Assembly (NCBI GenBank): GCA_020847275.1
Contig: JADLCI010000006.1
Span: 1 to 61,285, forward strand
Direction of reading: 5' to 3'
From: Candidatus Nomurabacteria bacterium
GTDB taxonomy: Bacteria; Patescibacteriota; Minisyncoccia; Phycocordibacterales; JACOZG01
DNA length: 61,285 nt
Positions within the stretch are counted from its first letter, which is position 1, and every line of letters starts with the position of its first letter. Of this stretch, positions 8,405-15,908 are shown piece after piece. The notes beneath the pieces were generated by a model that searched no databases, was not told the origin of the DNA, and saw nothing but the letters and a program-made list of their open reading frames with translations. The translations under genes were made by a program, and so were the position numbers.

Positions 8405-8749
8405 TCAAACAGTAGTGAAATGTCTACGAAGCTTGATGTTATTAAAAATATCTCGGGCAAGCAAAAGACTGAAAAAGAATAGCCCAGCCAACAAAAATTG
8501 AACCAGATATTCCGTTTCAAGAACGGACGACACAATATAGCGAGAACCGCTGAAAAGGCCCCCCGTGAGGACGGCGTTGGCGAAAACATTACGAATAGAT
8601 ACCATCAGTGAAACTACCCCGACAAGACCGACAAAAACAGCGAGTCTTACCCATACAGAGAGAAACACCCCTTTCAATCGATGTAAGAAAAGTATCCGGG
8701 CCATAATTTCGGCCTGATTAACCTGATTAAAATTAAGTGACTGGGACAT
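8405..8749 (-). CDS. two-TM membrane protein, candidate anti-sigma factor
   Basis: ATG 8749 (MSQSLNF) overlaps the sigma stop; 114 aa with two hydrophobic segments. Confidence 0.65.
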   Translation of the reverse strand: MSQSLNFNQVNQAEIMARILFLHRLKGVFLSVWVRLAVFVGLVGVVSLMVSIRNVFANAVLTGGLFSGSRYIVSSVLETEYLVQFLLAGLFFFSLLLARDIFNNIKLRRHFTTV

Positions 8750-9311
8750 AGGTCTGGAGAAGCTTGCGAGCTCGATGAAGACGAGTACGAATGGTACCAA
8801 TAGAAGCCCCCTCCAATCTCGCCACCTCCTCTTGCGAATAACCCTCGACCAAATGAAGCTCAGCCACACGACGTAAAATTTTCGGTAAACGTGAAATTAA
8901 GACGAGGAGGTCATTGAAGGCCCAGCGTGACTCGTGTGATAAAATTTTCTCATCGGGAGCAAGGGCCAGCAACTCTGGATCAAGAGTAGAAAAAAATTCC
9001 TTCTCTCTTTTTTCCCTACGATAAACTGTGAAACAGGTATTGAGAAAAATGCGATAAGCCCAAGAACGGAAAGATGCTCCTGGTCTCGCTTGAAATTTTC
9101 TGGCGTTTAGATAAATCTTGACCAAAGCATCCTGCACCGCATCAGTGAGAACATCTTCATCCTTGATAATATTCCGACCCTTACGGAAGAAAGCTGGCTC
9201 ATAACGGGCCACCAGTTCGGCGAAACATTGCGGCTCGCCGATAGAGCGAGCCAACAACGCTTCGTCTGATTGGTAATCGTTCGACCTCACACTATTGATA
9301 ACATTCATCAC
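8733..9311 (-). CDS. ECF-type RNA polymerase sigma factor
   Basis: DAVQDALVKIY and FRSWAYRI (region 2); YSQEEVARLEGASIGTIRTRLHRAR (region 4). Confidence 0.92.
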   Translation of the reverse strand: MMNVINSVRSNDYQSDEALLARSIGEPQCFAELVARYEPAFFRKGRNIIKDEDVLTDAVQDALVKIYLNARKFQARPGASFRSWAYRIFLNTCFTVYRREKREKEFFSTLDPELLALAPDEKILSHESRWAFNDLLVLISRLPKILRRVAELHLVEGYSQEEVARLEGASIGTIRTRLHRARKLLQTYVPVT

Positions 9312-9330
9312 TACGAAATATTACAACAAA

Positions 9331-9861
9331 TCAAACTGTGAGTAAAAAGAGTTCTAGCTCCAAGGAAAAATCGCGACCCTCTTCACGTTTGGTGTCATGC
9401 CAAAGTCGAACTAGTCTAGAAGAAAGCCCGCTATCTCGCAATTTCCGCACTTGCCACCAGAGCGAACGCCAGAAAACTTCTTCTGCCGATACGCCAAAAG
9501 CGAGCGCCTTCTGGTAACCCAACCACAACCGGGCTCGATCGCGTTTAACTAGAGAGTTAGAGAGGGCAAAGAAGTCAAAATCGACACTTTTCTCAACTTC
9601 TTGTCGAAGCCATAAAACAATCGTCTCACTTTTTTCAATCCTCTCTCTTTCTGAATCAGTTAATTCCTCAATGTCACGTAAGATAATTATATTCTTCTCT
9701 CCGAATAAACTTATCCCCGACGCGAGTAATTCCTCAAACTTACCCTTCTCCACCAGCCAATTCTCATTATCAAACTTATTAAGTGTGCCTGTCGGATTTT
9801 TTTTCTTAAACTGCTGCAGTGCACGCTCCAGTTTGTTTTGATCACTGAAAAGATAGAGCAT
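9331..9861 (-). CDS. holA: short DNA polymerase III delta (HolA)-like protein
   Basis: SLFGEKNIIIL motif, FFALSNSLVKRD helical C-domain, terminal LELFLL; about half canonical length. Confidence 0.55.
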   Translation of the reverse strand: MLYLFSDQNKLERALQQFKKKNPTGTLNKFDNENWLVEKGKFEELLASGISLFGEKNIIILRDIEELTDSERERIEKSETIVLWLRQEVEKSVDFDFFALSNSLVKRDRARLWLGYQKALAFGVSAEEVFWRSLWWQVRKLRDSGLSSRLVRLWHDTKREEGRDFSLELELFLLTV

Positions 9862-9864
9862 GAA

Positions 9865-10641
9865 TTACAAGTCAATTTCTAAACCAACCGGACAATGATC
9901 CGAACCCAAAACATCACTTAAAATAAATGCCCCGCCAAGCTTATTTTCCAAATCTTTACTGGCATAAAAATAATCGATCCGCCAGCCAACATTACGATCA
10001 CGCGCCCGAGTTTTCTGATCCCACCAGGTATACTGCTCCAACTTCTTCGGGTAAAAGTGTCGAAATGTATCGGTAAAACCAGCGGTAGATAATTTATCCA
10101 ACCATTCTCGCTCGATTAACATAAAGCCCGAATTATTCACATTCTCTTTTGGTCGAGCCAAATCTATTTCACCGTGAGCCGTATTCACATCACCACAGAA
10201 AATGACCGGTTTCTTCAGCTTTTTAATATAATTTAAAAACTCGCCATAAAACCGCAATTTAAAATCTAACCGCTCGTCGCTGGCACCACCGTTTGGGAAA
10301 TAAATATTAAGAAAAACAAAGTCATCATATTCTAATTCTATTACCCGACCCTCTTTGCTCAATAAACTACTCTTTCCGAAATCCGTTTTGATTTTTTTCG
10401 GCAAGAAATTCTTCTTCACAAAACAGGCCACCCCACTATAACCTTTCTTCTCGCTCGCCCCATGCCAGAAGCTTACATAATTATCCGGCTCAAGAAGGGC
10501 TGAGCTTAGCACGGAATGATCGCTGACTTTCGTTTCTTGAATTGCCACAATCTGTGCACCACACCCCTCCAACCATGATAAAAATCCCTTCCGCTCCGCG
10601 GCCCGAACACCATTCACATTCCAAGAAATAAAAGTTTTCAT
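9865..10641 (-). CDS. xth: exodeoxyribonuclease III
   Basis: SWNVNGVRA, QETK, GYSGVA, CGDVNTAH, GWRIDY, SDHCP motifs. Confidence 0.96.
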   Translation of the reverse strand: MKTFISWNVNGVRAAERKGFLSWLEGCGAQIVAIQETKVSDHSVLSSALLEPDNYVSFWHGASEKKGYSGVACFVKKNFLPKKIKTDFGKSSLLSKEGRVIELEYDDFVFLNIYFPNGGASDERLDFKLRFYGEFLNYIKKLKKPVIFCGDVNTAHGEIDLARPKENVNNSGFMLIEREWLDKLSTAGFTDTFRHFYPKKLEQYTWWDQKTRARDRNVGWRIDYFYASKDLENKLGGAFILSDVLGSDHCPVGLEIDL

Positions 10642-10642
10642 C

Positions 10643-11233
10643 TTATAGGACTTTCAGTTTGCTAAAGTCCTCCTTCAAAGTATCCAATAATGATCGATTG
10701 TAAATGGCGGCGGCCGGATGATAGAGCGGTAGAATTCTCACTTTACCATAAGTAATTTCTGTCTCAAAAAGCTGGCCGTGCATCTGACCAATACTGCGTA
10801 AAACGTCCCCAAGGCCAAACCTGGTCATAATATATTGCATTGAGAAACGTCCCAGCGTAGCGATTATTTTGGGTCGAATGATTTCAATTTGTCTGTCCAA
10901 AAAAGGCCCGTAAACTTCTATCTCCCCCGGAGTTGGGTCCCGATTTTCCGGTGGACGATCTTTCACAATATTCGTAACATAAACTGAGGCTCTCGGAATA
11001 TTTACACTGGCCAGAAGTTCATCGAGTAATTTACCTGACGCACCGCAGAAAGGTTTCCCCGTTGCCGCTTCGTTACGCCCTGGAGCTTCACCTACAAACA
11101 TAATCTGTGCTTCGTGACTACCCTCGCCAATCACTGGTAAATTTTTATTAGAAATTCGAAAGGTATACAGTGGCGAATCTTTTAAAGTTAGAATCTCGTC
11201 ACGGATTTGTTTAAGACTTTCCGTTTTCGTCAT
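10643..11233 (-). CDS. uracil-DNA glycosylase, family 4
   Basis: GEAPGRNE, KPFCG, TNIVKDRPPENRDP, YHPAA motifs. Confidence 0.93.
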   Translation of the reverse strand: MTKTESLKQIRDEILTLKDSPLYTFRISNKNLPVIGEGSHEAQIMFVGEAPGRNEAATGKPFCGASGKLLDELLASVNIPRASVYVTNIVKDRPPENRDPTPGEIEVYGPFLDRQIEIIRPKIIATLGRFSMQYIMTRFGLGDVLRSIGQMHGQLFETEITYGKVRILPLYHPAAAIYNRSLLDTLKEDFSKLKVL

Positions 11234-11696
11234 AACCGATACCACCAGATGTAAGCTTCTGCTCTAGTGACCAAAAAACGGTAAAAATAAGCAGAGTGAG
11301 AATACTCACAAGAAGACCAAGAGTGAAAAAACCGAAACCAATCGCCATGCCAATTCCGGACGAAACCCAGATCCCGGCTGCCGTGGTTAAACCACTCAAT
11401 TTGCGCGCTCCATCACGGAAAATAATGGAACCCGCACCGAGAAATCCGATACCAACCACAATCTGCGAGGCAACACGGAGCGGATCAAAACTGCGAATTC
11501 CTTGGGCAATGTACTGTTGGGCGACTAAGGTGGAAACGATGATAAAGAGAGCCGAGCCAAGAGAGACGAGGGCGTAAGTACGCATACCGGCTGTTTTACC
11601 CGCCAGCGTCCTCTCAATCCCAAGTGCCCCACCCAGAACCACGGCTAGGACCAGCTTGATGATAATGTCCCAGTTAGATGAAACGGTTACTAGCAT
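11211..11696 (-). CDS. mgtC: MgtC/SapB-family membrane protein
   Basis: GIER...AGMRTYALVSLGSA, QIVVGIGFLGAG, GLTTAAGIW motifs. Confidence 0.93.
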   Translation of the reverse strand: MLVTVSSNWDIIIKLVLAVVLGGALGIERTLAGKTAGMRTYALVSLGSALFIIVSTLVAQQYIAQGIRSFDPLRVASQIVVGIGFLGAGSIIFRDGARKLSGLTTAAGIWVSSGIGMAIGFGFFTLGLLVSILTLLIFTVFWSLEQKLTSGGIGYDENGKS

Positions 11697-11779
11697 AGAC
11701 TAGATTATACCAGACCTTACGGTGGGGAGGAATTGGGAACGAGTTATACTTTATCCCCAGTAAAAAACATTGCGTTTGC

Positions 11780-11808
11780 TTGTGTCAGGAAAACCACTTT
11801 GTTATAAT
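11780..11808 (+). promoter_or_regulatory. extended -10 promoter of the RNA-microprotein unit
   Basis: TTGTGT(11780-85)-17 nt-TATAAT(11803-08) with TG at 11800-01. Confidence 0.75.
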
Positions 11809-11814
11809 GTTAGG

Positions 11815-12120
11815 AGTGAATTTTGAAAATTAGGTTTTTTCTCCGTTTGGTTTGGTAAACCAGGCACACAAGGGGGCACAGCAATTCAGTAGCCGTAAGA
11901 ACACCAAGAAAGTTTCGCACGGTACTGGGACAAGATGATTCGTCATTAAGTCTCGGCTTACCACTGGGATGAGTTAGCCGAAAGGCTACCTTGTCCAGTG
12001 CTGTGCAAAGTTTTGTTGGTGTTTTTTGTTTCGCAGTACACCCCAACTTTCGCGAAAGTTAGGCAAGCACCGGTCGACTAGGGCGCAGAGAAAACTGCTG
12101 ATTATTAAGACCTAATTTTA
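11815..12120 (+). ncRNA. unidentified ~300-nt highly structured RNA (ncRNA or very long leader)
   Basis: Closing helix AAAATTAGGT(11826-35)/ACCTAATTTT(12110-19); TTTTCTC/GAGAAAA; ~35-bp helix 11897-11934/11990-12026 with G-U pairs; UUCG and GAAA tetraloops. Confidence 0.7.
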
Positions 12121-12125
12121 GTCAA

Positions 12126-12269
12126 ATGACTATTTGCAGGCCATTCATTACCTTGCGTAATGGACGCGTGTTATTCGCATCTGAAGTAGGACGCAAGGCG
12201 TTCTGCTTCGATGTTGACAAAGAAAGACCGAAAAAGCCCCCGAAGCTTTTAAAAGCTAAGGAGGTCTAG
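12126..12269 (+). CDS. 47-aa basic microprotein (not in ORF track)
   Basis: ATG 12126 to TAG 12269: MTICRPFITLRNGRVLFASEVGRKAFCFDVDKERPKKPPKLLKAKEV; fills the gap between the RNA and the terminator. Confidence 0.65.
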   Translation: MTICRPFITLRNGRVLFASEVGRKAFCFDVDKERPKKPPKLLKAKEV

Positions 12270-12282
12270 TTCGGAATCCATT

Positions 12283-12322
12283 GAAATACCGCTTTCGTCT
12301 GACGGGGGCGGTATTTCTTGTT
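12283..12322 (+). terminator. intrinsic terminator
   Basis: GAAATACCGC/GCGGTATTTC 10-bp stem extended by G-U pairs, then TTGTT. Confidence 0.75.
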
Positions 12323-12418
12323 CACTTATATACTAACAACACGTCGCCGTCCCTGTCACTGTTTATAACTACTGGAAAGCCGCTTGAATTGTAAGTCAAT
12401 ACTGTTATGTCCTCAAAC

Positions 12419-14731
12419 CTATTCCGCCTCCGCCCAGTTTGGTCCAGACTTAGCATTGACGACCAGCGGAACACCAATATTGGCCGCCCCTTCCATTGTC
12501 TGTTTAATTATTGGTAAGACCTCGTCCACTTTTTCATTTTTTATTTCATAAATCAGTTCATCGTGAACCTGAAGCAAGAGGTGAACACTTTCCCTCCAAC
12601 CCCCTTTTTCAATCAATTCGTCTATCTGTTTCATTGCCATCTTCACAATATCCGCGGCCGTACCCTGAAGCGGAGCGTTGACGGCCATTCTCTCACTCAT
12701 CGCCCGCAGGAACGGTAAACGCGACTTAATACTGGGAAAATATCGTCTCCGACCAAAAAAAGTTTCAGTGTAACCATTTTTTCTTGCAAAAGTTTTCACT
12801 GACTCGAAATAGTTTCTAATCGTGGGAAAGGCGGCAAAATAATCATCATAGAATTTTTGAGCCGTGGCGCGATCTGTCCCCAGATTGGCCCGCAAGGCGT
12901 TCACGCCCATGCCATAAATAATCCCGAAGTTAATCACCTTGGCATGGCGACGCATTTCTTTTGTCACCTCATTCGCTGAAACCTTGAAAACCTTCTGCGC
13001 CACAGAAGTATGGACATCCTCACCAGTTGCAAAAATTTTCTGTAATTCCTGATCACCAGAAAGAGCAGCAAGGACACGCATTTCAATTTGTGAATAGTCT
13101 AATGCGCACCAAGTATACCCGGGCGACGCGAGAAAAGCGCGCCGAATAGCCTGACCATGAGTCTCGCTCGCTGGAATGTTTTGCAAGTTGGGATCAGTGG
13201 AAGACATCCTTCCGGTTGTCGAACCAGTCTGATTAAGCGTGCTGTGCAGGCGGCTATTCTCATCTACCAGTTTTGGCAAACTATCAATATAGGTAGACAA
13301 TAACTTCTGCAATTCTCGGTAGGCGAGGATATCGGTAATCACCGGATGCTCACTCTGTAATTTCAACAGTTCTGATTCTTTGGTCGAGCGTGCGCCACCA
13401 GCCGTCTTCTTGCCGGTTTTAAGAAGCAGTTTGTCAAACAAAATTTCTGCTAACTGTTTCGGTGAATTAAGATTAAACTTCTCACCTACTGCTTGATAAA
13501 TCTTGCCCTCCAGCTTGGTCAGCTCCGCATGATAACCCACGGAGAGATTACCGAGATAAACCCTGTCCACGAGAATCCCCCGTTCCTTAGCGTGTTTAAC
13601 TATCGGTATAAGAGGCAATTCAATTTCCCGATAAACTTTTTCCAAATTATTCCGCTTGATTTCCTCTAGAACCTTTTTCGCACCACCAAGTTTTTCTAAA
13701 TCCTCCGTCGTTGCGGTTGTTTTCTCTGAATCCAGTAGCCAGACGGCAATCGCCAAATCACGGCCCAGTTCCTTTTTTTCTGTTTCTTTTTCTTTATTAA
13801 TGACCACCAACTTCTCACCCAAAGCAGCTCGAACGCGCGTGCCAAGTGTCCTGAACTCCAGTTTTGCAAATAGGGCATCAACTTTTGCCAAATCTAGATT
13901 TTCTTTCCAGGTTTTTTCAGGTATAGAAAATTTAATTTTTGCATCCCGCCGAATGGTCGCCAACGTTTTAGAAAAAACAGCCTCCTCTTCCCCCTCACGC
14001 AACAATTTAATTACCCTTTCGGTTAAACCTGCTTCCTTAAACTTTTTCTCACCATCTTTTGCTCTCAGTCTTTTGTAAATTTCTTCCACTGTGCCAAACT
14101 TCGTAATCAGAATGGTCGCCGTCTTTTCTCCAATCCCGTTAATTCCGATAATATTGTCAGAGGGGTCGCCACGCAAGCCCTTCCAGTCGGGGAGTAATTC
14201 TGGGCCGAACCCAAACCGCTCTTTCACTTTTTCCTCGTCATACAGGATAGTATCGTTGATTCCCTTTTTAAGTGTGTAAACTAAAACTTTTTTATCATCC
14301 ACAAGTTGCAATGTGTCCATATCACCAGAAGCAATCACCACTTGTAAATTTTTTTGACCTCTCATCTCCTCTACAATCGTGCCAATGATATCGTCGGCTT
14401 CAAAGCCCGCCAAGTCGTATACAGGAATACCAAATGTAGTGAACAAATCCCGTGAAGTCTCCATCTGCTTCACCAATTCTGTATCGGCCTTCACGCGCCC
14501 CGCTTTATATTGATCATAAACTTGCTTCCGGAAAGTGGCCTCGGCGCGATCATAGCAAGCAATCAGGTAATCAGGCTTTAAATCATTCACAATTTTAATC
14601 AACATCGCGGCGATACCATAAAGTCCGCCAGTTGGTTCTCCGGCACTATTTTTAAAATCCGGCAAAGCGTGATAGGCGCGATGAAGAATCGCGTGAGCGT
14701 CAAGCAATATTAATTTGACGGGTGTTTTCAT
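12419..14731 (-). CDS. polA: DNA polymerase I (5'-3' exonuclease plus polymerase; 3'-5' exonuclease region largely absent)
   Basis: LLDAHAILHRAYHA, EADD, GDPSDNI, TGRMSSTDPNLQNIP, DYSQIEMR, LQVHDEL motifs; 770 aa. Confidence 0.97.
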   Translation of the reverse strand: MKTPVKLILLDAHAILHRAYHALPDFKNSAGEPTGGLYGIAAMLIKIVNDLKPDYLIACYDRAEATFRKQVYDQYKAGRVKADTELVKQMETSRDLFTTFGIPVYDLAGFEADDIIGTIVEEMRGQKNLQVVIASGDMDTLQLVDDKKVLVYTLKKGINDTILYDEEKVKERFGFGPELLPDWKGLRGDPSDNIIGINGIGEKTATILITKFGTVEEIYKRLRAKDGEKKFKEAGLTERVIKLLREGEEEAVFSKTLATIRRDAKIKFSIPEKTWKENLDLAKVDALFAKLEFRTLGTRVRAALGEKLVVINKEKETEKKELGRDLAIAVWLLDSEKTTATTEDLEKLGGAKKVLEEIKRNNLEKVYREIELPLIPIVKHAKERGILVDRVYLGNLSVGYHAELTKLEGKIYQAVGEKFNLNSPKQLAEILFDKLLLKTGKKTAGGARSTKESELLKLQSEHPVITDILAYRELQKLLSTYIDSLPKLVDENSRLHSTLNQTGSTTGRMSSTDPNLQNIPASETHGQAIRRAFLASPGYTWCALDYSQIEMRVLAALSGDQELQKIFATGEDVHTSVAQKVFKVSANEVTKEMRRHAKVINFGIIYGMGVNALRANLGTDRATAQKFYDDYFAAFPTIRNYFESVKTFARKNGYTETFFGRRRYFPSIKSRLPFLRAMSERMAVNAPLQGTAADIVKMAMKQIDELIEKGGWRESVHLLLQVHDELIYEIKNEKVDEVLPIIKQTMEGAANIGVPLVVNAKSGPNWAEAE

Positions 14732-15131
14732 CGATGAATTTAAAATAAATTGTCCTCGTTCCGTTCAAAATATCAGCTACACGTTCAGCCCACTCGATTA
14801 GAATTAAGTTACTAGGGTCTCTGGTCAATTCTTGAAAACCCAATTTTGACAACTCGCTCCCATTTTCCAATCGGTAGGCATCAATATGAACGAGCTTCTG
14901 AAATTTTTGACCAGTCAACCGATAAATCTTTTCGATCACAAAAGTTGGACTGGTTATTACCCCAGTTAAACCAAGCTCATGTGCCAAATTCTGGACGAAA
15001 GTTGTTTTACCAGAACCAAGTTCGCCACTTAGGCCGATAATCGTAGCCATCTGATTTTCTGGCTTCAGCTTATCCAGGAAATCTCGTGCCACTTCTGCGG
15101 TCTCCTTAACGCTTTTACTCAAAATTTCCAC
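14700..15131 (-). CDS. tsaE: tRNA t6A biosynthesis ATPase TsaE
   Basis: GELGSGKTTF, ITSPTF, HIDAYRL, IEWAE motifs; GTG start at 15131. Confidence 0.95.
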   Translation of the reverse strand: MEILSKSVKETAEVARDFLDKLKPENQMATIIGLSGELGSGKTTFVQNLAHELGLTGVITSPTFVIEKIYRLTGQKFQKLVHIDAYRLENGSELSKLGFQELTRDPSNLILIEWAERVADILNGTRTIYFKFIDENTRQINIA

Positions 15132-15153
15132 CAACCGATTTTAACATAAAAAT

Positions 15154-15179
15154 AGCCCCCGACATGATTGTCGGGGGCT
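15154..15179 (-). terminator. intrinsic terminator
   Basis: AGCCCCCGACA-TGAT-TGTCGGGGGCT hairpin; T-run follows on the minus strand. Confidence 0.8.
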
Positions 15180-15202
15180 CGTTTCAGAATCACGGAAAAC
15201 TC

Positions 15203-15766
15203 TCAGTCGTCGAACTCCGTGAAGCGTCCATACTCATCAAACTTAAGTTTGACGGTGTCGTGCTTCTCCACTTCCTCATCGTGCTTCTCCAGGTGCTTGA
15301 AGATGATCCAGCGTACCTCAAGTTTCACCTTCTTGAGAGCGCCCGTGTCGCCATGGTAATCACGGGACACAATCTGAAGTCTGACTCGGTTAACCTCACT
15401 CAGTCCTCGAGAGAAAACAAACTTACTGCGAGCCAGTTCCTCAAGCTGGTTTTCGTCCCAATTCACGATCGATATATCCGGTCGCAATTTTGGTTGGCGA
15501 ATCACCACAACCGAGGAACTGCCACCGTAATAAACTGGAGGTTGGTAGGTGTAGGTTGGCTGCCGATAGTAGCCACCCCAGTAACCGCCGCCCCCAACGT
15601 AGTAGGGTGAACGACAGCCCGAAGAAAGGAACGATGGTCGAACACCCCCCCAATAATTACCCCCATAGCGATATCCTGAACCACAATTCGAGCGGTGGCC
15701 GGCCAGGGCCGGCGCGGTTGCGAGGGAAAGCACAAATAAACAACAAACTGTAAAAGATCTTTTCAT
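15203..15766 (-). CDS. secreted Gly/Tyr-rich low-complexity protein
   Basis: Signal peptide ending APALA-G; GY/GGY/YWGG-rich N-half; charged beta-rich C-half; own promoter and terminator. Confidence 0.8.
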   Translation of the reverse strand: MKRSFTVCCLFVLSLATAPALAGHRSNCGSGYRYGGNYWGGVRPSFLSSGCRSPYYVGGGGYWGGYYRQPTYTYQPPVYYGGSSSVVVIRQPKLRPDISIVNWDENQLEELARSKFVFSRGLSEVNRVRLQIVSRDYHGDTGALKKVKLEVRWIIFKHLEKHDEEVEKHDTVKLKFDEYGRFTEFDD

Positions 15767-15824
15767 GGCTTGTTTTCCTTTCTGGGTCTTAGCCCAAAAG
15801 CCATTGTTCTACTTGACTATTCCA

Positions 15825-15853
15825 AGTATAGCATATACGGATTTAAATGTCAA
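15825..15853 (-). promoter_or_regulatory. near-consensus sigma70 promoter
   Basis: On minus: TTGACA-17 nt-TATACT with extended TG. Confidence 0.85.
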
Positions 15854-15908
15854 CTATCCGAGTTTTGCCTTGTTTATACAACCTAAAAAAGCTAGGATGG
15901 AGAAATAA

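Noticed and set aside
11890-11930. Resemblance to group II intron domain V (AGCCGTA...GAAAGT..CGCACG.TAC)
   Set aside because: The two halves do not pair as domain V, the segment pairs far better with 11990-12026, and there is no GUGCG 5' end, domain VI or maturase.
11700-12320. M-box (ykoK) riboswitch upstream of mgtC, or RNase P / cobalamin / twister / hammerhead identity for the 300-nt RNA
   Set aside because: G-U pairs and tetraloops place the RNA on +, opposite mgtC, and mgtC looks leaderless. GAGGAAAGUCC, the B12 box and a complete ribozyme core are absent.
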